Source of the DNA: Prevotella sp.
Lineage (GTDB): Bacteria; Bacteroidota; Bacteroidia; Bacteroidales; Bacteroidaceae
DNA length: 64,000 nucleotides
NCBI GenBank assembly: GCA_045112595.1
Contig: JBGUIA010000046.1
Coordinates: 17,531-81,530, forward strand
Reading direction: 5' to 3'
Of the stretch, positions 51,621 to 58,183 are shown piece after piece; the stretch's first letter is position 1, and each line of letters begins with the position of its first letter. The translations under genes and the position numbers were made by a program. Under the pieces are notes generated by a model. That model was given only the letters and a program-made list of their open reading frames with translations, was not told the DNA's origin and did no database searches.

Positions 51621-52478
51621 CTAATCCTGTCCCATGCCGTCGTCGTTGCTAGACTTGGTGAACACGCGGCTAGCGACCTCGCTGGACTGACCGTCCTTGA
51701 TGGCGATAGCCTTCACGGTGGTCGTTGCGCTCAGGGTGAATGCCTCACTGTACAGGGCGCTCTCAGCCGTAGGCACGGTGCCGTCGGTGGTGTAGTGGAT
51801 CTCTGCGCCGTCAGGACCGCTGATGGTCACCTGAGCAGACTCGGTGAACGTGGTGTTGCCACTAATCGTGGGCGAAGCCAGCGTCTGACTCTGCGAACCG
51901 CTGCCGCTGTTGGAACCGCCACCATTCGTGGGATTCGTGGGATTCGTGTTCGAACCACTACCGCCGCTGGTGCTCTCCTCGGTGGCTTCGCTGCCAGTGA
52001 GGCGCTTGACCTCGGCCTTGGTCTTCGAGGTGAAGGAGAGCTTGGCGTCGGCGTTCATCTTCTCGCAGGTGGTGTTGCCGGTGGCCTGCATGATGAGCTT
52101 CACGTCGCCCACGGCGAACTGCTGTGCGGCGGGGTTGGCCTGCAGCTCCTCGTCGGTGCGCTGGGCGCCGCGGCCGGCAGCAATCTTCGAGCCCTGCTCC
52201 AGCGTCAGTCCGTTGGCGTCCACGGAGGCCTTAAACAGTCCGAGGTTGTCAATCTTGACGACGTAGCCCTGCAGTGCCAGCTCCCTGATACACCTTGAGG
52301 CGTCGGTCAGGATGCCCTCGACCAGACCCTGCGAATAGATCGCGTTGTGTTCGTGCATGTGCTCGGCCAGGTCGGCCTTGCTCAGCGTGCCCTTGTACTC
52401 GACGCGGGCGTAGTACTTACCGAGGGTTCCCTCGATCTTCTCGTTTGTGTTCTTTGTCAAATTCAATTCTAATGCCAT
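51621..52478 (-). CDS. Bacteroidales HU-like DNA-binding protein fused through a G/S/T/N linker to a chitobiase/FN3-associated (CHB_HEX_C-like) domain
   Basis: KYYARV...LAEHM...LQGYVVKIDNLGLFK (HU-like); linker SGGSGSNTNPTNPTNGGGS; PTISG...IHYTTDGTVPT...YSEAFTL...TTVKAIA...SEV. Confidence 0.8.
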   Translation of the reverse strand: MALELNLTKNTNEKIEGTLGKYYARVEYKGTLSKADLAEHMHEHNAIYSQGLVEGILTDASRCIRELALQGYVVKIDNLGLFKASVDANGLTLEQGSKIAAGRGAQRTDEELQANPAAQQFAVGDVKLIMQATGNTTCEKMNADAKLSFTSKTKAEVKRLTGSEATEESTSGGSGSNTNPTNPTNGGGSNSGSGSQSQTLASPTISGNTTFTESAQVTISGPDGAEIHYTTDGTVPTAESALYSEAFTLSATTTVKAIAIKDGQSSEVASRVFTKSSNDDGMGQD

Positions 52479-52514
52479 AATTCTTAAATGTTTAAAATGT
52501 TAATACTAATGTTA

Positions 52515-52567
52515 CTTTCGGAGTAATCGATTTTTCTTTCGGAGTATCTAGAATTTCTTTCGGAGTA
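52515..52567. repeat. Three CTTTCGGAGTA copies at exact 21-bp spacing in the HU 5' leader
   Basis: Copies start at 52515, 52536 and 52557. Confidence 0.85.
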
Positions 52568-52580
52568 TCGATTTCCGCTG

Positions 52581-52588
52581 CAAAAGTA
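52581..52588 (-). promoter_or_regulatory. -7 promoter box for HU-smalltalk
   Basis: TACTTTTG on the minus strand; no clear -33 TTTG, whose expected position adjoins the 10-bp repeat array. Confidence 0.6.
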
Positions 52589-52610
52589 TAACATTTTATT
52601 TTGGCGTTCT

Positions 52611-52673
52611 CGCTAACTTCCGTTACCTTCCGCAACCTTCCGCTAACTTCCACTAACTTCCGTTAACTTCCGC
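52611..52673. repeat. Six tandem 10-bp repeats, consensus CGCTAACTTC
   Basis: cgctaacttc cgttaccttc cgcaaccttc cgctaacttc cactaacttc cgttaacttc cgc. Confidence 0.9.
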
Positions 52674-52679
52674 TTTTTT

Positions 52680-52892
52680 TCAGTAGGGGTCGCCCAATTC
52701 TTCGACGATGATCTTCACTTGCCGGGGCGTGAAGCGGTGCACGCTTTTGTCGACCAAATGGCACAGTCTCGGGTTTGCCTTCAAATCTATCCTGAACTTA
52801 TACAGCGCATTCTCTTTGCTGTCGCCAGCGTAGTAAATCATGGCCAACTCCGACTTGCCGTAGAACTTGATTTCAAAAGGCTCTCTCTTCAT
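52680..52892 (-). CDS. DUF4248-family small protein
   Basis: YGKSELAMIYY...FTPRQVKIIVEELGDP pattern; typical neighbour of HU/smalltalk genes. Confidence 0.8.
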   Translation of the reverse strand: MKREPFEIKFYGKSELAMIYYAGDSKENALYKFRIDLKANPRLCHLVDKSVHRFTPRQVKIIVEELGDPY

Positions 52893-53632
52893 GATTTCTT
52901 CTCATTTTTCTGTCGGATATACTCTTCGTACGATACGGCGCCCTGTTTGCGCTCGGCAATCTCCTGCTCCAACTTTTCGTTGTCCTCGGCGCGCTTGGCG
53001 GCAAGGGCCTGCTCCTCTTGAGTGTTTAAGGCTGGCTTTGCCGTTTTGTTCTTTACACGCTCCAGACGCAGGGCCGCGGCCTCGTCATTCTTGGCGAAAC
53101 TGCGTTTCGACCACGCTTCCAGTCGGTGTTTCGTTTCCCACGTTGTCTCGAGTTCCAGCCTCATTCTCCGACGTCCAGTCACTTGCTCCGCCCAATAGTA
53201 GTAGAAGGCAAGCAACATTTGTCGGCCGTACTCTCCTTCATACGTCAGCAGCTCGTTCCAAAATTCCATTTTCCGAACTTTCAACGTCCTTTTTACGCGC
53301 GCCGGAGAGAGAGAGATGTTCTGCAACTTATCTTTACTGGCTATTTCCTTATATAGGGGGTGTGGGGGGAATTTTCCTTTGTCCGTGCTTCTTTTACGCT
53401 CTTTAAGGAAATTTTTGAATGAAAAAGAACGCCTGAATTTTCTGTTCCATTCCGTAGCAAATAATCTGTCCTCAGGACTCATTGCCCAGTACATCTTTAC
53501 GGCCATGTAGGCGTGTGTCAGGAGCAGCTTAATACGCTGCTCTCTGTCACTATCTTTCATTCCGAGTTTGTTGTCAAGCCTGTTGTTCTCCAACTGACGG
53601 ACAATATCGTTGTCAATTTTCACTGTATTCAT
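52889..53632 (-). CDS. Phage replication-organizer-like hypothetical protein
   Basis: Basic linker with PPHPLYKE, then FYYYWAE...MRLELETTWETKHRLEAWSKR, resembling C-terminal domains of phage replication initiators. Confidence 0.5.
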   Translation of the reverse strand: MNTVKIDNDIVRQLENNRLDNKLGMKDSDREQRIKLLLTHAYMAVKMYWAMSPEDRLFATEWNRKFRRSFSFKNFLKERKRSTDKGKFPPHPLYKEIASKDKLQNISLSPARVKRTLKVRKMEFWNELLTYEGEYGRQMLLAFYYYWAEQVTGRRRMRLELETTWETKHRLEAWSKRSFAKNDEAAALRLERVKNKTAKPALNTQEEQALAAKRAEDNEKLEQEIAERKQGAVSYEEYIRQKNEKKS

Positions 53633-53934
53633 TTTACGTTCTCCGACATTAATTTACCGATAACATATTTCAGATTATTCCTTACAATCGGGTCGTACTC
53701 ACCAACGGTTCTGCCCAGCTGGTGGTTCGTGCGCAGATAGTTGAAAACGACGAACGTCGCCTTCCAGTAGTTCAGTCTGACAAGCAAAGGCATCTTCCGC
53801 ACTTCCTCCATAAATACCGTGTACATCTGCACGCCAACCAGAAAAGCGGCTCTTTCTACCCTGTTGTTCAAACCCTTCATCGCATCGCGCAAGCCGTCTT
53901 CCAACTCGCGGATAGTCATTTTTTCTTGTTTCAT
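53629..53934 (-). CDS. Hypothetical protein
   Basis: ORF from MKQEKMTIRELE after an AT-rich leader; ATGA overlap with the downstream gene. Confidence 0.6.
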   Translation of the reverse strand: MKQEKMTIRELEDGLRDAMKGLNNRVERAAFLVGVQMYTVFMEEVRKMPLLVRLNYWKATFVVFNYLRTNHQLGRTVGEYDPIVRNNLKYVIGKLMSENVK

Positions 53935-53954
53935 AATGTTGATTTTATTTTGAT

Positions 53955-54347
53955 TCAAATAGTAATGCTGAATTTCTCTTGGACTTTCAGGATTTCGTTG
54001 GCCGTCAGGTCGGTGTCCGTCTCCATTTTCGCCATGGCACAGCCGAGGCGAGCATAGTCGTTCGTGGCCGACGAAAGCGGCGTCGTAGCACTCAGATACA
54101 CGCGCTTGGCGCAGTAGTTGATATACGCCTCCGTGTTGTTCTCCGCAGGTGGTGCAAAGCGTCCGACGATGTCGCGAATCGTCCTCAGGCGGTGCTTCCT
54201 CCTGTACGTGTGCATCAGTACGAGCCACGCGCGGATGGCGTGCTCGCGGGTTTCAAACTCGACGAAGCCTTTCTTCGTTCCTACTTGTCCTTGCCACTGG
54301 CTACCCTTGGTGGCACGAATGTTAAAAATATTGTTCTTCGCAATCAT
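53955..54347 (-). CDS. Structural-protein-P5-like / lysozyme-fold virion protein
   Basis: NNIFNIR...WQGQ...FVEF...AIRA...YRRKH.LRTIRDIVGRFAPPAENNTEAYI...AMAKME pattern. Confidence 0.7.
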   Translation of the reverse strand: MIAKNNIFNIRATKGSQWQGQVGTKKGFVEFETREHAIRAWLVLMHTYRRKHRLRTIRDIVGRFAPPAENNTEAYINYCAKRVYLSATTPLSSATNDYARLGCAMAKMETDTDLTANEILKVQEKFSITI

Positions 54348-54353
54348 AATGTT

Positions 54354-54845
54354 TTACCTATACATTTTTCCGCACAGCGTCGCATGATAGAACGCCTCAA
54401 ACGGGTCAGTAAAATGATAATTTTTTCCTTGAATTCTTGTTTGAAAAACTCCTTTGCTATCTTTAGGCGAAACACTCGGTAAGCCCGTTTCCGGATTCGG
54501 ATTCCAATCGTGTAATTTATTCAACTTGTTTTCTCTGTCACTGACTTCGCGCAGATTCTCGATTCGGTTGTCCGTCTTGTCACCATTGATATGGTCAAGC
54601 TGCATCGCGGGAAAACACCCGTTATGCCAAGCCCAAACAGCGCGGTGCATTAAAATTACCGTATCTCTACCATTGAAATTGAATCTCAGATCCCTGTAAG
54701 GACCTCCACCTTGTTTCATTCCCTTTACGGTCCTGCCCGTCAGTTTGTTTATTAGCTTTCCGCTGCGGTCGTCGTAGTCGTAGTCTCGTTGGATGCGAGC
54801 CGCCAGTGCGGCCAGCTCGCCATCCGATAATTTTGATCTAGTCAT
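54354..54845 (-). CDS. HNH endonuclease (phage homing-endonuclease type)
   Basis: YDDRSGKL, HRAVWAWH...LDHINGDKTDNRIENLREVS...N, AP2-like tail. Confidence 0.85.
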   Translation of the reverse strand: MTRSKLSDGELAALAARIQRDYDYDDRSGKLINKLTGRTVKGMKQGGGPYRDLRFNFNGRDTVILMHRAVWAWHNGCFPAMQLDHINGDKTDNRIENLREVSDRENKLNKLHDWNPNPETGLPSVSPKDSKGVFQTRIQGKNYHFTDPFEAFYHATLCGKMYR

Positions 54846-54855
54846 ACAAACTCGA

Positions 54856-55224
54856 TTAGTCCTGATATACTTCAAATTCTGTTTCATCCCAACCTGCCAG
54901 GCTGTCGTGCAGCCGCGTCAGGTCAACGCGGGCGAAAGTAAGGCTTGTGCAGCCTTCGATCTTCCGCGAGAGTATAAGCGTTTTCAGCTCCTTTACCACC
55001 TTCTCACAATTGTGGAAGATTTCAGCAGGGCTCATTTCCTGATTCCTGTACAAGTCGCGAACGTCGTCGTTCGGTTCGCTGATGGTGACGTACGACCGTG
55101 TGCCGTCCGGCTCCGTCTCACCCTCCACGCAGGGGTGCATTCCCGAGCCGATCACCACCGTCCGCTTTTCCAGCGTCGCCCGCGCCGTCACGTCAATCTC
55201 GCAATATTCCGGATCAGTCATCAT
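54856..55224 (-). CDS. Hypothetical phage-like protein
   Basis: ORF in tandem with the cassette genes; start chosen at MMTDPEY; no recognised motif. Confidence 0.55.
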   Translation of the reverse strand: MMTDPEYCEIDVTARATLEKRTVVIGSGMHPCVEGETEPDGTRSYVTISEPNDDVRDLYRNQEMSPAEIFHNCEKVVKELKTLILSRKIEGCTSLTFARVDLTRLHDSLAGWDETEFEVYQD

Positions 55225-55239
55225 AATTCTGCTTTGCAG

Positions 55240-55302
55240 ACTTTTCTCGCTTCTCGGCCTAATTGATGCGAGCATCATTTCGGCTCTCGCTGCTCGAAAA
55301 GT
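55240..55302. repeat. Structured repeat copy 2 (CTCG-hairpin-TCTCGCT)
   Basis: ACTTTTC tcgctt CTCG GCC t AATTGATGC ga GCATCATTT c GGC TCTCGC tgctc GAAAAGT. Confidence 0.6.
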
Positions 55303-55334
55303 TGTCAATTATCAATTGTCAATTGTCAATTATC
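55302..55334. repeat. Heptamer tandem array (TTGTCAA/TTATCAA)
   Basis: ttgtcaa ttatcaa ttgtcaa ttgtcaa ttatc, overlapping the stop of the WYL_2 gene. Confidence 0.8.
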
Positions 55335-55705
55335 TCAAACTCAATCAGTCGCGCAGCCTTGAACGTGCGGTAGCCTTCCACGCCCAAGTCCCAATAGAGG
55401 AAATACTCGTACTGAACGCAGGTGGCCTCGCCGGGCTGCTCCTTGTACTCGTAGTTGTCGTACGCCGCGGAAATGCCTTTGCACAACGTGCCGACGGCTT
55501 CGCGAATTTCACCATCTTTCTTCATGTAGATCAGCTTCACCTTACCAGCTCCCAGCGCCTCCAGACAGTTCTGTACCAGGTACGCCTGCCTGACGGCTTC
55601 GCTCGCACTGAAAGCCTCGCGCCACCGCAGTCGGTTTGCCACGTTCATCGCCCACCGCTTCAGCAGCCGCGCCACTTCTTTGTCATTTTTCATTTGCTTC
55701 ATCAT
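55319..55705 (-). CDS. SH3 beta-barrel / WYL_2 (DUF2693-like) protein
   Basis: GKVKLIYMKKDGEIREAVGTL...YWDLGVEGYRTFK pattern. Confidence 0.78.
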   Translation of the reverse strand: MMKQMKNDKEVARLLKRWAMNVANRLRWREAFSASEAVRQAYLVQNCLEALGAGKVKLIYMKKDGEIREAVGTLCKGISAAYDNYEYKEQPGEATCVQYEYFLYWDLGVEGYRTFKAARLIEFEIIDN

Positions 55706-55768
55706 GCAATTTTGTTTTAATGAATAAATAATGTTCTGTTGGATCGAGCTGGCCAGCTTTTCCGTGAG

Positions 55769-55776
55769 CAAAATTA
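55769..55776 (-). promoter_or_regulatory. -7 promoter box for the cassette main operon
   Basis: TAATTTTG on the minus strand, about 63 nt upstream of ATG 55705. Confidence 0.55.
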
Positions 55777-55813
55777 CGTACGCTCTTTGAACTCTGAAAT
55801 AGCTGAAAATCAC

Positions 55814-55866
55814 ATTTCCACCATTCTTTCCATAATGGGCGAAAATTTCCATCATTCTTTCCATAA
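55814..55866. repeat. 22-bp direct repeat x2 (ATTTCCAYCATTCTTTCCATAA), 31-bp period
   Basis: Copies at 55814-55835 and 55845-55866 with one mismatch; each contains TTTCCA twice. Confidence 0.85.
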
Positions 55867-55871
55867 AATGG

Positions 55872-56333
55872 TTATTTCCCCTTATTGAAAAGGCTCAAAA
55901 AACGCTTTGCAACATTGATTCTCCTTTGACTTTCCGTTGCATCACAATTAGAGAACGCCCAATCGGGATATTGATGGCGCAAATTACCATACCAGCAGGA
56001 AATCGTAGAATTTGATGGAATGTTTTTGATACCTATATTATTAAGGTGTTGACGGAAGGATTCTACAGATTTATATTTCTCTATACCCTTCAACTGGCCT
56101 TGTTGAATCGCAGCGTATAGCCAGGCAAAGTCATATCGATTTGCCAACAGTCCTTCTTCGCTGTCAACACTGCGGATGGCAAAGTCGAGTCTTTCCATCG
56201 GTGATTTCCGCTGGAACTCCTCAAGGCTATCCATGTCTTCAACCTCGACAATCTCCATACCGGGGACTGCCTCAACTAGTCTTTCAATAAGTGCCAGTTT
56301 ATCGTCAGGCGCGACGATTGTCAGTTTCTTCAT
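55872..56333 (-). CDS. Hypothetical protein, putative transcriptional activator
   Basis: AT-rich ORF; helical segment SVESFRQHL...IPSNSTIS; followed directly by direct repeats and a promoter box. The regulator role is inferred from context only. Confidence 0.55.
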   Translation of the reverse strand: MKKLTIVAPDDKLALIERLVEAVPGMEIVEVEDMDSLEEFQRKSPMERLDFAIRSVDSEEGLLANRYDFAWLYAAIQQGQLKGIEKYKSVESFRQHLNNIGIKNIPSNSTISCWYGNLRHQYPDWAFSNCDATESQRRINVAKRFLSLFNKGK

Positions 56334-56414
56334 AACCTCGAAGTGTTATGCTCGGCTTGCAAGAGGGATGCGCATCCAATGCACCGGTGCAGGCTCAAGC
56401 TCGCTTCGCGGTTA
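56333..56414. repeat. Structured element copy 3 / structured 5' leader
   Basis: Outer stem TAACCTCGAAG / CTTCGCGGTTA; CTCG GCTTGCA ... GGATGCGCATCC ... TGCAGGC ... CTCGC. Confidence 0.45.
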
Positions 56415-56755
56415 ATAATAAAAATAAAGTCGCATCAGATTTCTCCACTGCGACTGCAAAAATATGTATTTATATTTAGTCCATCGTCATAAAATATGTC
56501 AACTTCATGATAAAAACGCGTATCTTTCATAAAAAAGAATCATCATTTGAAAAATGTTCTACAAATTATTATTCTCGTACATATAATATAATACCCACTT
56601 CACAAAATGAATGTGGGGATTATTTAATGTTACAAGTTTTCTGTCTTTTCTTTCGAAACGGAGCAGGCAGTAATTGATTTAATAGTTTAATTCTGAATTC
56701 GGTCGTAGGATATAAAGAAAGTTAGCGTATCCATTGAGATGAACGAGAAACGCTT

Positions 56756-58033
56756 TTATTTCTTTACGTATTTCTTGCCATTTATGATGTTGACACCCTT
56801 CTGAGGTTCGGACAAGCGAACACCGTTGAGGTTGTAAACAACAACCTTGTTGTCTTCTGAATTCCTTATGACATTGACTCTCGTTGCATCAGGCTTTGGG
56901 TCACTATCCGTCAAAGCAACTTTTTTTTTGAAATTCTTCCAAGTTTTTTTTTCTCTGTATGCATTGATAGACTCCGCTGCAACGTGCAGAGTGGCGTTTT
57001 CGATATATGAATCCTCAAATGCATTAGTCTCTGTAGTAGGGACATTAATGGCATAACAATAGACATCTGTCAATTCTGGGCAAGATGAAAATGCTCCAGA
57101 ACGTATTTTTTCTATACCACTTCCTATAGTGACAGAGTTGAGGGCAGAACAGTCTTCGAACGCATACTCTCCTATTCTCGTCACACTATTTGGTATGGTT
57201 ACCGAAGTCAGGCCAGAACAATGAGAGAACGTCCTTCCTCCAATATTCGTCACACTGTTTCCTATGGTGACCGAGGTTAGACCAGAGCACTTATAGAATG
57301 CTTGATCTCTAATTGTCTTTACACTGTTTGGTATGGTTACAGAGGTTAAAGCAGAACAATAAGAGAACGCATTACCTCCAATGTTCGTCACACTATTTGG
57401 TATGGTTACCGAGGTCAGTCCAATACAGTATTCGAAAGCACTTTTGTCAATACTCGTCACGCTGTTGGGGATGGTGACGGAGGTAAGGCCAGAGCAATAA
57501 AAAGAACTAACGCCAAAATATGTCACGCTATTGGGGATGGTGATGGAGGTCAGCTCGTAGCAGTTCATGAAAGCATAATCGCCAATTCTTGTCACGCTGT
57601 TGGGGATGGTAACGGAGGGAAGGCTAGAGCAATAAGCAAAAGTTTTTTCATCTATACTCGTCACGCTGTTGGGGATGGAGATGGAAGTAAGGCCAGAGCA
57701 ACTAGAGAAAGCACTTTTACCAATGCTCGTTATACTGTTTGGTATGGTGACGGAGGTCAGACTAGTACAGCCCCTGAACGCATCATCTCCGATGCTCGTC
57801 ACCTTACTGGTTTTGTCCATATAGGTCACTTCCTCGGGGATTACTACATTACCCGTATATTCATTTCGATAGGAATCATAATCAGCGCCACGGAAAGTAA
57901 CCTTCAGTTCCATACCATCATTAATGTAACTGTAATATATAGTAACGCCATCGGCATTTTCAACGGCAATATCGTAGGCATTTGCCACTATCGGCAGCAA
58001 AATCATCACGAGTAATAGTAGATGTTTCTTCAT
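56756..58033 (-). CDS. BspA-type (LRR_5) leucine-rich repeat surface protein with a T9SS-like C-terminal domain
   Basis: Signal peptide; about 10-11 repeats of 23 aa, LTSVTIPNSVTxIGxxAFxxC; C-terminal VYNLNGVRLSEPQKGVNIINGKKYVKK. Confidence 0.9.
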   Translation of the reverse strand: MKKHLLLLVMILLPIVANAYDIAVENADGVTIYYSYINDGMELKVTFRGADYDSYRNEYTGNVVIPEEVTYMDKTSKVTSIGDDAFRGCTSLTSVTIPNSITSIGKSAFSSCSGLTSISIPNSVTSIDEKTFAYCSSLPSVTIPNSVTRIGDYAFMNCYELTSITIPNSVTYFGVSSFYCSGLTSVTIPNSVTSIDKSAFEYCIGLTSVTIPNSVTNIGGNAFSYCSALTSVTIPNSVKTIRDQAFYKCSGLTSVTIGNSVTNIGGRTFSHCSGLTSVTIPNSVTRIGEYAFEDCSALNSVTIGSGIEKIRSGAFSSCPELTDVYCYAINVPTTETNAFEDSYIENATLHVAAESINAYREKKTWKNFKKKVALTDSDPKPDATRVNVIRNSEDNKVVVYNLNGVRLSEPQKGVNIINGKKYVKK

Positions 58034-58154
58034 AATCTTTATCGTTTTGGTTCTCGTTTGTTGTTATTTCGTGCACAAAGATACAAAAAGATTTCGATAA
58101 TGAGTCGTTTTTTCCTGCTTTTTTCGAAAAAAGGCTCAAAAAGGAAAGAATTTA

Positions 58155-58181
58155 GAGAAAAAAAGAGGATGTCCTAATTGT
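58155..58181. repeat. Left copy of a 27-bp direct repeat flanking the RAYT gene
   Basis: GAGAAAAAAAGAGGATGTCCTAATTGT versus GAGAAAAAAAGAGGATGTGCCAATTGT at 59411-59437 (25/27 identical). Confidence 0.8.
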
Positions 58182-58183
58182 TT

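Noticed and set aside
52515-52673. Possible mini-CRISPR array
   Set aside because: The repeats are 10-11 bp with spacers of 10 nt or none, far below CRISPR dimensions, and there are no cas genes.
51438-56333. Complete prophage or ICE
   Set aside because: No integrase, terminase, capsid, tail, relaxase or att repeats were found; reported as a phage-like cassette instead.
56756-58033. Diversity-generating retroelement target
   Set aside because: No reverse transcriptase, and no template/variable repeat pair differing only at adenines; these are ordinary LRR repeats.
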